Shown here one piece after another: positions 1 through 8,885 of a DNA stretch of 40,113 nucleotides. How positions within the stretch are numbered: the stretch's first letter is position 1; every line of letters begins with the position of its first letter. The notes beneath the pieces are model-generated. The model searched no databases. It was not told where the DNA came from and saw nothing but the letters and a program-made list of their open reading frames with translations. Origin of the DNA: Anaerolineae bacterium (lineage in GTDB: Bacteria > Chloroflexota > Anaerolineae > B4-G1); assembly GCA_026418995.1 (NCBI GenBank), contig JAOAAG010000168.1, forward strand, positions 1 to 40,113. Direction: 5' to 3'. Position numbers and translations under genes: made by a program.

Positions 1-33
1 TCGTCGGCAGCGTCAGATGTGTATAAGAGACAG
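1..33. other. Illumina Nextera/Tn5 read-1 adapter (TCGTCGGCAGCGTC plus the 19-nt mosaic end AGATGTGTATAAGAGACAG). Technical sequence, not biological.
   Basis: Exact string match to the Nextera transposase adapter. The reverse complement of the mosaic end closes the window at 40095..40113. Confidence 0.95.
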
Positions 34-118
34 CCACAAAAACCACTACCAGTGACACTGATACCAGCGTTCTTCTAAAGGCAAAGGTCCGGCGCACCAA
101 CTTTCTTCCCTTCGACAT
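34..118 (-). CDS. Partial CDS: N-terminus of a secreted or membrane protein, truncated by the contig end.
   Basis: Minus-strand ATG at 118 is preceded by AGGAGG (128..133 on plus) at 9 nt spacing. It translates to MSKGRKLVRRTFAFRRTLVSVSLVVVFV, a basic n-region followed by a hydrophobic stretch, and runs into the adapter. It is too short for the ORF track. Confidence 0.35.
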
Positions 119-317
119 TGATCTGCTCCTCCTCTTGCTACACCTTTCGCAAATGCTGTTAACTTTGGGGTATTATCTAAAGTAATAGTACTCAACCCTG
201 TCCTACATCCCATCCATAAGGATCACTCCTTCCCCAGACGAAATAGGTCTCCTCAGTGAGGCTAGCAAAGGGGAATTCTCGGAACGTGGCGAAAGACCTA
301 ACTTTGTTGCGTCCTGC

Positions 318-1235
318 TTAACCCTTGAGCCCAGTCATCACAACGCCCTGGACGAAGTAGCGCTGGGCCAAGAAGAAGACGACGAGCACAGGCACCGTCA
401 TCGCCGTCGCAAAGGCCATCAGCAGGTCCCAGCGTGAGCGTCCTCCTGCCCCTGTAGATACCAGCCCGGAGCCAAAAGAGGCACGGAAATTGGCCAGGCC
501 GATGGCGAGGGTGAATCGCTCCGGGGAGTTAAGGTACAATAGCGGCCCCATAAAGTCGTTCCACGCGTTGAGGAAAGTGAAGATCGCTACAGTGATCAAC
601 GCTGGCTTGGCCAGCGGCATAATGATACGGGCATAGATGGTGAATTCATTACAGCCATCTATCCGCGCCGCATCGGCTAGTTCCTCCGGTATGGTGCGGA
701 AAAACTGGCGCAGCAGGAAGATGTTGAAGCCTCCACCCCCGAAAAAGTAAGGCACGGTCAGTGGCAGAAATGTGTCAATCCAGTTCAGCCGCTTGAACAT
801 CACGAACTGGGGCACCATCATCACCACGTAGGGCACCATCATGGTGAACAGTACGGTGCTGAACCAAAAGTCGCGGCCCGGAAACCGGATGCGTGCAAAG
901 CCATACGCACAGAATGAGGCGGCCAGGACAATCGCTAACTCGTTCATTACCACGATGAAGACGGTATTCCTGAGGTAAACGGGGAAAGGCTTGTAGGTCA
1001 GGGCCTCCACGTAGTTCTGGAAACGGACTGGATTGGGGATCAATTGAGGCGGAAACATGAACACCCGCTGTTCCAATTTGAGAGAACTGCTCACCATCCA
1101 GATGAGTGGAAACAGCATGATCACCGATCCCACGAGCAGGATCGTCCAAACCACGACACGGGAGAACCACCCGCGCGTAAACTTAACGCGGCGTCTGACA
1201 ACACTTGGTTTAGCGCTGACACTCACTGTTGTCAC
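318..1235 (-). CDS. Carbohydrate ABC transporter permease (MalG/AraQ-like, BPD_transp_1).
   Basis: 305-aa polytopic membrane protein with the EAA-type loop [28 protein letters not shown] start has AGGAGG 6 nt upstream. It sits 10 nt downstream of the partner permease. Confidence 0.9.
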   Translation of the reverse strand: MTTVSVSAKPSVVRRRVKFTRGWFSRVVVWTILLVGSVIMLFPLIWMVSSSLKLEQRVFMFPPQLIPNPVRFQNYVEALTYKPFPVYLRNTVFIVVMNELAIVLAASFCAYGFARIRFPGRDFWFSTVLFTMMVPYVVMMVPQFVMFKRLNWIDTFLPLTVPYFFGGGGFNIFLLRQFFRTIPEELADAARIDGCNEFTIYARIIMPLAKPALITVAIFTFLNAWNDFMGPLLYLNSPERFTLAIGLANFRASFGSGLVSTGAGGRSRWDLLMAFATAMTVPVLVVFFLAQRYFVQGVVMTGLKG

Positions 1236-1245
1236 AACTCACCTC

Positions 1246-2154
1246 CTAACCGGCTTGCTCGTAGTACACACGCCCCCCCAGGCCTCTGAATATGAAGGCC
1301 GTCAGCCCCATGATAATAAGGGCAAGCACCCATGCCAGAGCGGCCGCGTAACCCATCCTTAGGTACTGGAATGCATTGCGGTAGAGATACAACACGTAGA
1401 AGAGGGTAGCGTTCTGGGGGCCACCATTCGTGATAAGGTAGCCGGCGGTAAAGACCTGGAAGGTGCCGATAATGCCCATCACAAAGTTGAAGAAAATGAC
1501 CGGCGACATCAGAGGAATGGTCACGTGCCACAGTTTGGCCCATGAGCCCGCACCGTCAATCTCTGCCGCTTCATAAAACTCGTTAGGGATACCCTGCAAG
1601 CCGGCCAGGTAGATGACCATACTGCCACCCAGTCCCCATAAGCTCATCAGGATCATGGCCGGCAATGCCCATTTTGGCTCCTGAAGCCACAGGATTTTGG
1701 GCAGACCGATGGCATGTAGAAACGCATTAAGCAGGCCGAACTCCGAGTTCAAGATCCAGGCCCATAGCACCGCGTTGGCTACAGCCGGCACAATGCTGGG
1801 CATGTAGTATATGGTGCGGAACACCTCGATGCCGCGCACCTTAGTGTTCATCAGGAGAGCTATGATAAAGGCGAGCGTCAAACTCAGCGGCACCGAGATG
1901 GCTGTGTAGGTGGTGGTCACCTTCAATGACTGCCAGAAGAGCTTGTCCTTGAATAAATTCTTAAAGTTGTCCAGAGCAATGAACTTGGGAGGGACAATCA
2001 TATTCCATTCCTGAAAAGCCATCCAGAGGGAAGTCAAGGCAGGGATCAGAAACCATATGATGAATCCTAGGATGAAGGGGCCAATAAAGATGTACCCCAC
2101 GATCGTCCGTCTCCCTGCCGGTTTCTTCAACCAACGGATTAATCTTTTCATCAT
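1246..2154 (-). CDS. Carbohydrate ABC transporter permease (MalF/UgpA-like).
   Basis: Contains [25 protein letters not shown], the EAA loop, and about 6 TM helices. The likely start is one of the tandem ATGs at 2154/2151 just after AGGAGG (2156..2161 on plus). The ORF-track start at 2187 is probably too long. Confidence 0.9.
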   Translation of the reverse strand: MMKRLIRWLKKPAGRRTIVGYIFIGPFILGFIIWFLIPALTSLWMAFQEWNMIVPPKFIALDNFKNLFKDKLFWQSLKVTTTYTAISVPLSLTLAFIIALLMNTKVRGIEVFRTIYYMPSIVPAVANAVLWAWILNSEFGLLNAFLHAIGLPKILWLQEPKWALPAMILMSLWGLGGSMVIYLAGLQGIPNEFYEAAEIDGAGSWAKLWHVTIPLMSPVIFFNFVMGIIGTFQVFTAGYLITNGGPQNATLFYVLYLYRNAFQYLRMGYAAALAWVLALIIMGLTAFIFRGLGGRVYYEQAG

Positions 2155-2263
2155 TCCTCCTAACGAGAATAAGGCTACCACAAGCAAGCTGAAAAGCCTG
2201 CTCTACACTATGTGACATTAGCCAGAGCGCCAGGTTGGACGGGGTAAATATGGCCTTAACTAG

Positions 2264-3124
2264 TCAATCCCCGGCGCAACGGAATCCCACATACCCATAG
2301 GAGAGGCTAGGCAGGTCTTCGTTACGGTACCAGCGGGGGTTGTTGGTCGGGTGATAGTAAGCGAACCACGACCCTCCACGCATCACCTTGTATATACCTG
2401 AGGACGGTCCTGTGGGATTCTGGGCCGGCGACTTGGCATAGTAGTCCGGATCGTACCAATCCGCTACCCATTCCCATACATTTCCCAACATGTCAAGCGC
2501 CCCGCACCAACTGGCTCCGTCGGGGAAAGTCCCTACCGGCGACGTTTGGGCATATCCGTCGCAGCCGTCGCCCCAGGAGTTACAAAGCTTGCAGTCGAAC
2601 TCGTTTCCCCAGGGGAAAGCCCGTCCCTCAGGCCCCCGGGCGGCATATTCCCACTCGGCTTCTGTCGGCAAGCGTGCCCCTGCCCATTCACAGTAAGCTG
2701 CTGCCCCATACCAGGTCACTTGCACGACCGGATGATCGGCATACCCGCTCTTGGGCCGATATTCGTTCCCCACCTGCTCGATCAGGCAGTCCTCACCTTT
2801 GAGGTTCAGCCATGTCGTTCCACCCTCTTCCTGGTTTCCCTTTTCGTTCAAGAAAGCCGCGAACTGAGCGTTGGTTACCTCTGTTCGGTCAATCCAAAAG
2901 CTATCTACCTGGACAGTATGCACCGGTTGCTCGTCTTTGAATCCGTCGGTCGTGCCCATCGGGAATTCTCCTGCTGGTACATAAACCATGACCATACCGT
3001 CTTTCGCGCGGGTCATAGTAGCGCCCAGCGCGGGAGTGGGCTCCTGGGTAGGAGGAGCAACCGCCTGCGAGCAACCCGCACATAGCGCAAGCACGAGTAA
3101 AAACAGGGTCATTAACCTTCTCAT
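2264..3124 (-). CDS. Formylglycine-generating-enzyme (FGE/SUMF1, DUF323) domain lipoprotein.
   Basis: Family hallmarks are present: VTNAQFAAFL, HPVVQVTWYGAAAYCEWAGARLPTEAEWEYAARG, GNVWEWVADWY, RGGSW, GFRC. Start is reassigned to ATG 3124 (MRRLMTLFLLVLALCAGC, lipobox LCAGC) with GGAGG upstream. The 36 codons upstream in the track ORF look non-coding. Confidence 0.85.
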   Translation of the reverse strand: MRRLMTLFLLVLALCAGCSQAVAPPTQEPTPALGATMTRAKDGMVMVYVPAGEFPMGTTDGFKDEQPVHTVQVDSFWIDRTEVTNAQFAAFLNEKGNQEEGGTTWLNLKGEDCLIEQVGNEYRPKSGYADHPVVQVTWYGAAAYCEWAGARLPTEAEWEYAARGPEGRAFPWGNEFDCKLCNSWGDGCDGYAQTSPVGTFPDGASWCGALDMLGNVWEWVADWYDPDYYAKSPAQNPTGPSSGIYKVMRGGSWFAYYHPTNNPRWYRNEDLPSLSYGYVGFRCAGD

Positions 3125-3185
3125 CTCTACCTCCTGGCTTTTGGTTGACCTACTTCCGCTCATAGACCATCTAAAATCGGTTTTA

Positions 3186-3227
3186 GCGGCCGCGCCTCCC
3201 GGCCTGAACCGTGGAGAACGCGGCCGC
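3186..3227 (-). repeat. GC-rich inverted repeat (9-bp arms GCGGCCGCG / CGCGGCCGC) in the intercistronic gap between the binding-protein gene and the FGE-like gene.
   Basis: Arms at 3186..3194 and 3219..3227 are perfectly complementary. The repeat lies in the 158-nt gap of a co-directional operon. Confidence 0.5.
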
Positions 3228-3282
3228 CTCAACTGTCCCTGCCAGCTACCCGGGAAAGCGGTAGCCTACCATTTCGGCTAGT

Positions 3283-4743
3283 TTAGTCGGGCTCCGCTTC
3301 CAGGATCGCGTTGGCCTCCGGCACAGCCTCGGCCATGGCCTCCGCCGCAGTCTTGTCACCGATCCAGATGGCATCCATGGCCGGGGTGATGACCGCGTCT
3401 GTCTTCGGGTAGCCGGGCGGCATGTAGAGCACATGACCGTACTTGGGCACGTACTCGGTCACAATCAGCTCGTAGCCCTCTGGATGGACACCCTGTCCAG
3501 GAGCCGTGCGCAGGGTCATCCACTTCTTCAGCCCCTCCTCGGTCATCAGCGCGGTCTGGCTGGGCAGCCACAGGCCTATCCTCAGGAACAGCAACTGATA
3601 GTACTCGGTGGCCAGGAAGCGCAGCCAGCGCCAGGATGCCTCAGGGTGCTTGGTGGCCGCGAAGGCAGAGTGGAGGTGGGCCTGCATATCGGTAGCCGGG
3701 ACCTTCATCTTGGGGAGAACGGCGGTGCCCAGCTTAGCCTGGATTTTGGTTATCCAGGCCAGCGCCCAGGAGCCATCCACGGCCATCGCCAGCTTGCGGT
3801 TCTCCAGCATCTGGGTATTGCTCATTCCCAGTGCCTCAAAGGCTACGTTTTGAGGCATCACCTGGTGCACTAACATCAGATCGGCAATACGTTGCAGGGC
3901 CTCAGTGGCTTCCGGCTTGTCCAGGGCCAGCAGGCCAGTATTCGGATCAATCCAGTACCCCCCGTTGGATGCGATCGCTGCATGGAGTGGGATGGACCAG
4001 GTTGGCCAGTGGATAGCCCAGCGCTCCATATTGTCAGGATCGAAGCCACTATCCCCAGGATGTTTGCCGTTGACATCCACCGTCAACTGGCGGCATACTT
4101 CGAGGAAGTGATCCCAGTCCCAGGCCTCGTCGGGGTCATTGCTCGGCGGCTCGATGCCCTCTTCCTCAAAGATCTCGGCATTGTAATAGATGTGCGGGGC
4201 TACCCAGCAGGAACCGATGCCGTACCATCTCCCCTTGTAGGTGCAGCGTTCCGTCTCCTGAGGCTCGATGAAGTAACCTGGCGCTCCGATGACGGGGTCG
4301 GCCTTGAGCATATCGGTGATGTCGAGCAACAGCCCGTCGCGGCAATAGGTTCTGTAGTTACCGAAGTCTATGAAGGCGGTATCGGGTGGTGTGCCGGCAG
4401 CGACCATAGCCAGCATCTTCTGCTGATAGTTCTCCGGTGTGTGCAGCCAGGTCACCTTGATGTTAGGCTCTGCACCCTGAAAGACCGTGATCGCCGAACG
4501 CACGCCCTCGTCTTCCTCGGTAGCGCCCCATCCCATAAAGGTGATCTCCACCACTTCCTCCGGTGCAGGGGTAGCCTGGACGACGACTGTCTTCTCCACC
4601 TCCACAGTCTTCTCAACGGCTACCTCTACCGTTTCCCGGATCACCTGGGGCGTCGGGGCCTGGCACCCCACCAGTGCTGCACCCGCTGCTGTTAAAGCAC
4701 CCAAACGTAGAAAATCGCGCCGACTGAGATGCTGCTGATTCAT
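3283..4743 (-). CDS. ABC transporter extracellular solute-binding protein (family 1, sugar type), Tat-signal lipoprotein.
   Basis: N-terminus [27 protein letters not shown] carries a twin-arginine motif plus a lipobox. Overall it resembles MalE/family-1 binding proteins, and it is the first gene of the operon with the two permeases. Confidence 0.9.
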   Translation of the reverse strand: MNQQHLSRRDFLRLGALTAAGAALVGCQAPTPQVIRETVEVAVEKTVEVEKTVVVQATPAPEEVVEITFMGWGATEEDEGVRSAITVFQGAEPNIKVTWLHTPENYQQKMLAMVAAGTPPDTAFIDFGNYRTYCRDGLLLDITDMLKADPVIGAPGYFIEPQETERCTYKGRWYGIGSCWVAPHIYYNAEIFEEEGIEPPSNDPDEAWDWDHFLEVCRQLTVDVNGKHPGDSGFDPDNMERWAIHWPTWSIPLHAAIASNGGYWIDPNTGLLALDKPEATEALQRIADLMLVHQVMPQNVAFEALGMSNTQMLENRKLAMAVDGSWALAWITKIQAKLGTAVLPKMKVPATDMQAHLHSAFAATKHPEASWRWLRFLATEYYQLLFLRIGLWLPSQTALMTEEGLKKWMTLRTAPGQGVHPEGYELIVTEYVPKYGHVLYMPPGYPKTDAVITPAMDAIWIGDKTAAEAMAEAVPEANAILEAEPD

Positions 4744-4815
4744 ACCTATCCTCCTTATTTGACTTTGCCAAAAAGTGGGATAAACTACTACTAGGGGCTA
4801 ACCCCACAAGCTCAG

Positions 4816-4857
4816 GGTACAGGCCACATCCCTGGTCAAGGACAAGTGGCCTGTACC
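4816..4857. repeat. Perfect 12-bp inverted repeat GGTACAGGCCAC-N18-GTGGCCTGTACC in a divergent intergenic region.
   Basis: Arms at 4816..4827 and 4846..4857 are exact reverse complements. It lies about 70 nt upstream of the binding-protein start (4743). Confidence 0.6.
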
Positions 4858-4954
4858 GCTCTATCGAATACCATACCACTACTCAAAACCCTTTCACCAC
4901 CTCCTCTCCACGAGTCACTGGTTAATACAGCTAGAGGCGCAGGGTTACCTTATC

Positions 4955-4983
4955 TTGACGTTCTGCTCCCTGTATGATATGAT
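4955..4983 (+). promoter_or_regulatory. Putative sigma-70 promoter (TTGACG, 17 nt spacer, TATGAT) for the response-regulator-like gene.
   Basis: -35 at 4955..4960 and -10 at 4978..4983, about 100 nt upstream of ATG 5085. Confidence 0.35.
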
Positions 4984-5084
4984 GAGATTTGAGGTTAGTA
5001 AGTTGTGTCGTTGTTAATATATCATACCGGATCCCGTATGTCCATACCGCAATTGTTTCAGTTTTGTTTCATCACCTGGCGAGT

Positions 5085-6338
5085 ATGATTACTTGTGAGG
5101 AGTTTGAGCGACAGCTTCAAGAGGCGCTGAACCATCTGTACGACCCTGATTATCAGCCCTCCGACGCCCTGTGCGCAGCGCTGGGTTGCAGTATCCAGGA
5201 TGGAGCGCTCGCTGTGCAGGCCATCATTCTCCGCGCGATCAAAGACTTGGAGCCACCCTCTGACACTCCCCTCACAGCTCATACCCGGCAGGCCTATGAT
5301 TTGCTGCATAACCGGTTCGTGCTCAGGCTCACCCAGGAGGAAACAGCCGATCGTATGCACATCAGCCGCACCAGCGTACACCGCGCGCAACGCACGGCCG
5401 TGCATGTCCTGGCGAGGAAGCTGTGGGAGAAATGCCTGGCACAACAGATGGGAGAAAGCGAGGAAACAGCCGAGGACCTGAACGCTCAGGCCTCAGACTG
5501 GCATACGCAGATGGAGCGCGAGCTGGCAGCGCTACAGGCAAGCGCTCCCCATGCTGTCTCCTACGTGGAGGAGACGATTAACAGTGTGCTGAAGCTCAGG
5601 GAGGCGCTGGCTTCTCCACCCGAAGCCCACGTAGAGGTCGAATCCGTACAGCCTGGGCTGGTGGCAGCAATTCATCCTTCGGTGCTCCGTCAAATCCTGA
5701 TCGCGGCCATCAGGCGCATGGCCCACTATACCTCTACCGGCCCTATCGCGATCTTTGCCCGGCTTGAGGATGGGAACGTGAAGATCACTCTAACGAGCAC
5801 CGTCGCCACAGGAGACAAGCGGCCTACCGAGAGCGATCTTGTCCGTGACCTGCTGGTACCGCCGGGTGTACAGGTCGAGGCCCATGTTAACGGTGACCGC
5901 GCTTTCCTGTGGGTAGGGTTGCCTTCTACAGGTAAGGTCACGGTGCTGGTTGTGGACGACAATCCCGATATGGCACGCTTCTACCGGCGTTCCGCGGAAA
6001 AGACCAGCTATCACATCGTCCACACCGGCGAAGGGCAAAACCTGTTCGAGACCATCGCGGCCACTGCACCCGATATTATCGTGCTGGACGTGATGCTCCC
6101 GGATATTGATGGCTGGGAACTATTAACGCGCCTCCACCAGGACCCCGCGACGCGCTCCATACCCGTCGTGGTCTGTACTGTCGTTAGAGAAGAAGAGCTG
6201 GCATTATCCCTCGGCGCTGCCTGCTACCTGCCCAAACCTGTGCGGAGCCGCGAGTTCATCGAGGCGTTAGATCGAGTCCTCGCTCAGGCGCCAGCAAGAG
6301 CGTCGAGACTTCCAGCGAACAACGCAGCAACTTGCTGA
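5085..6338 (+). CDS. Response-regulator-like protein: N-terminal sigma-70 region-4-like HTH, central degenerate HATPase-like region, C-terminal receiver domain.
   Basis: HTH: LTQEETADRMHISRTSVHRAQRTAVHVLARKL. Middle: LRQILIAAIRRMAHYT..GPIAIFARLEDGNVKITL. Receiver: VLVVDDNPDMARFY...DIIVLDVMLPDIDGWELL...PVVVCT...YLPKPV. Start is taken at ATG 5085 (MITCEEFERQL), because the upstream TTG-initiated extension looks non-coding. Confidence 0.8.
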   Translation: MITCEEFERQLQEALNHLYDPDYQPSDALCAALGCSIQDGALAVQAIILRAIKDLEPPSDTPLTAHTRQAYDLLHNRFVLRLTQEETADRMHISRTSVHRAQRTAVHVLARKLWEKCLAQQMGESEETAEDLNAQASDWHTQMERELAALQASAPHAVSYVEETINSVLKLREALASPPEAHVEVESVQPGLVAAIHPSVLRQILIAAIRRMAHYTSTGPIAIFARLEDGNVKITLTSTVATGDKRPTESDLVRDLLVPPGVQVEAHVNGDRAFLWVGLPSTGKVTVLVVDDNPDMARFYRRSAEKTSYHIVHTGEGQNLFETIAATAPDIIVLDVMLPDIDGWELLTRLHQDPATRSIPVVVCTVVREEELALSLGAACYLPKPVRSREFIEALDRVLAQAPARASRLPANNAATC

Positions 6339-8466
6339 GCGATAGTCCCCCGTCTATCGTCACCAGCAGGTAGTCGCTTGCCGGTGGCTGCTCCGCCGGG
6401 TCCTGGGCCGACACAAAGAAGGTGAGGACATCCTTCAATCTCCCCTCTTGCCGCATCGTCTCCAGCACCTGCCAGCCGTTCATACCGGGCATCACGATGT
6501 CGAGCAGTAGCAAATCAGGTGGGGCGCTGCGCAGTTCAGCCAACGCCTCCTTACCGCTCGCAGCCGTCACAACCTCGAGAGTACTGTCGCACGTACGCAA
6601 CATTCGGCTGAGAAGCTCCAGGAACTCCAGGTCGTCATCCACCACCAGGACGCGCTTCACGGGCTTGCCGACCGCTTTCAGCACACGTTCCAGGTCAGCG
6701 CGAGTGATGGGCTTGATGAGATACCCCGCTGCTCCGGCATGGATGGCTCGCTCCGTCAAGCGCGGCACGGAACAGCCGATGACCGGTGTCCCTGGCGCTC
6801 GCTTCCGAACCATCTCCACCAGTGCCCAGGGGTCATCGGCGTCCACCACGTTAAGCATCACAGCGCTTGCCGGGCATTCCCGCAGACTGCGTTCGGCCTG
6901 GCTCGGGTCCTCGACGTTCACAAACTCCACTCTGTCCAGATAGCGCGTGAACCTGGGATAGAGCATGCCGGTCTCGTCACAAACGATGATGCGAGGTCTG
7001 ACGAGTTGCTCTGCGGAGCTGGGTTGCCCGGCCCGAAATGCTTGTTCCCGCCAGATCCATTCCTCTCTCAGTTGATGGCCTGGCCTTACGATATGTTCCA
7101 CGGGTAGGGAGATGGGCAGGGTAAAGTAGAAGGAACTTCCCACCCCCGGCTTACTCTCAAACCACATGCGTCCACCGTGGAGTTCAACAAACCGCTTGCT
7201 GATGCTTAACCCCAGGCCACTCCCTCCTTTGTCACGCCAGAGTTGCCGCGTACCCTGCCAGAAAGGCTCGAAGACACGCACGGCATCCTCCGGGGCAATA
7301 CCCGGCCCGGTGTCCGTCACACTGACCATCACCTGCTGATCCTGGCAGGCGAGCGCAATGGTGATCCCGCCCACTTCGGTGAAGCGGGCCGCATTGCTCA
7401 GCAGATTAAGAATGACCTGGCGGATGCGCGTGCGATCGCAGTAGACCTGTGGCAGGTCATCGGGAATCACCACCTGCAGGGCCAGGTGTTTCTTTTCCAG
7501 CAGCGGACGCACGGCTTCCACGCTACTCTCGACGATCTGTCTCAGATCAACCTGTTCTCTGTGAAGCGACAGCCGCCCTGCCTCCGTCTGAGTGAGATCC
7601 AGCACATCGTTAATCATATTGGAAAGGTGCTCACAGTTACGGCGGACTACCTCGAGGTCCTCGCGCATCTTGGGGGACAACACCATGTCGTAGATCTCCG
7701 GGCTTTCAAACATCAGATCAACCAGCCCGATGATCATGTTCAGAGGCGTGCGGAACTCGTGGCTTACGCTGGCCACGAAGGCTGTCTTTGCTCTCTGTGC
7801 CTCCTCGGCGATAGCCCGTAGTGAGGCCATTCTCTCGTTGGCAAGCGCCAGTTGCCGATTCGCATTGGCGAGGTTGTCCAGCGTTTGCTTCAGATCGCCT
7901 TTGAGGCCGCGGGCTTCCTCAAGCCGGCGCTGAGCAAGCTCAAAATACTCCCTTAGCCATGTGCTGTATTGATAGATCGGATAGCGCGTGGTATACATAG
8001 CACTCAACACGCCCCAGATAGCCACCAAGGCCACAGCAGCCTCAGAAGTATCCAGTTCTCCGCCCGACAGGCTTGTCAGAAGCACGATGGACACAGTCTC
8101 CCCTGCAGCGACCATAGTTGCCGCTGCCAGTCCAACAAGGGGAACGGCCATTGCAGTAGGAATGACCGCCCAGGCCAGATGACCAGGCACTTCCAACCAT
8201 GACCCAGCAAGGTGAACCGCTGCTACCAGCGCCAGGACGGCAAACCAGCGGCCTGCCACGGCGTTCCAGTCCACCAGGAGCAGGCCGGAGAGTGCCAGGC
8301 CTGAGAACAGCAGGGAAAGCGAGATCACCCTTTCCACTACCTCCCATGGGTAGGAAAGGGCCTCCACCACCAGAAAGAGCAGACATCCCACGGCCAGCAG
8401 CACAACGAACACTGGCTTAGGGGAGATCTGTAGCTCAGGTTCAGAAGCAAACAGTGACTTGTTCAT
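6256..8466 (-). CDS. Hybrid sensor histidine kinase: multi-TM N-terminus, HisKA, HATPase_c, a pseudo-receiver and a receiver.
   Basis: H-box is FVASVSHEFRTPLN. N, G1 and G2 boxes are LLSNAARFT, DTGPGI and GGSGLGLSI. C-terminal receiver is VLVVDDDLEFLELL...LLLLDIVMPGMNGWQVL, preceded by a receiver-like segment lacking the acidic pocket (RIIVCDETG...YLIKPI). Confidence 0.9.
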   Translation of the reverse strand: MNKSLFASEPELQISPKPVFVVLLAVGCLLFLVVEALSYPWEVVERVISLSLLFSGLALSGLLLVDWNAVAGRWFAVLALVAAVHLAGSWLEVPGHLAWAVIPTAMAVPLVGLAAATMVAAGETVSIVLLTSLSGGELDTSEAAVALVAIWGVLSAMYTTRYPIYQYSTWLREYFELAQRRLEEARGLKGDLKQTLDNLANANRQLALANERMASLRAIAEEAQRAKTAFVASVSHEFRTPLNMIIGLVDLMFESPEIYDMVLSPKMREDLEVVRRNCEHLSNMINDVLDLTQTEAGRLSLHREQVDLRQIVESSVEAVRPLLEKKHLALQVVIPDDLPQVYCDRTRIRQVILNLLSNAARFTEVGGITIALACQDQQVMVSVTDTGPGIAPEDAVRVFEPFWQGTRQLWRDKGGSGLGLSISKRFVELHGGRMWFESKPGVGSSFYFTLPISLPVEHIVRPGHQLREEWIWREQAFRAGQPSSAEQLVRPRIIVCDETGMLYPRFTRYLDRVEFVNVEDPSQAERSLRECPASAVMLNVVDADDPWALVEMVRKRAPGTPVIGCSVPRLTERAIHAGAAGYLIKPITRADLERVLKAVGKPVKRVLVVDDDLEFLELLSRMLRTCDSTLEVVTAASGKEALAELRSAPPDLLLLDIVMPGMNGWQVLETMRQEGRLKDVLTFFVSAQDPAEQPPASDYLLVTIDGGLSLSKLLRCSLEVSTLLLAPERGLDLTPR

Positions 8467-8861
8467 TTTACCCCACTGTCACAAGGTTTGAGTCTGACTG
8501 AATGGATAGGAGTAGCAAGCCGATCCAGGTAACCTTGAGTGAGGGCCTGTGTAACGATTGTGAGAGGTGTGCCCCCCGCCTGCTGGATAATCCGCCGCCG
8601 GGAATCGGGACACCCCATCTGGGTTGCTTGTGTCTGAAGTAATCCACTGTCCGTGTTACCCCACCGTTCCATCTGCCCGCTCGCTATTAGACGATGGTGC
8701 AGTGGTGGAATGACAATGTGTGCACTGCAGCGGGCTCCCCTCATCACACCCGCCATTAGCCCGCGAGCCTGGGCCCGCGCGGGTGGCAAGATGATGGCAC
8801 GTTGCGCGAATGGCCGGGTGCGATGGCCTGTTAAGTCGGCCTCATTGGCCTCTCCAAGCAC
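8463..8861 (-). CDS. Hypothetical protein (132 aa), possibly a degenerate domain remnant.
   Basis: GTG-initiated ORF fills the gap between the ABC exporter and the kinase. Its TGA overlaps the kinase ATG (ATGA). I recognise no family. Its composition is Arg/Ala/Gly-rich, as for many spurious high-GC ORFs. Confidence 0.3.
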   Translation of the reverse strand: MLGEANEADLTGHRTRPFAQRAIILPPARAQARGLMAGVMRGARCSAHIVIPPLHHRLIASGQMERWGNTDSGLLQTQATQMGCPDSRRRIIQQAGGTPLTIVTQALTQGYLDRLATPIHSVRLKPCDSGVK

Positions 8862-8885
8862 TGCGACGGAAATGGGGGGCTGAAA

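Noticed and set aside
3125-3232. N-terminal extension of 36 codons on the FGE-domain ORF (track start 3232).
   Set aside because: The extension (MRRPRSPRFRPGGAAAKTDF...) is Arg/Pro-rich and overlaps the GC hairpin. The internal ATG 3124 has a GGAGG ribosome binding site and begins a textbook lipoprotein signal peptide.
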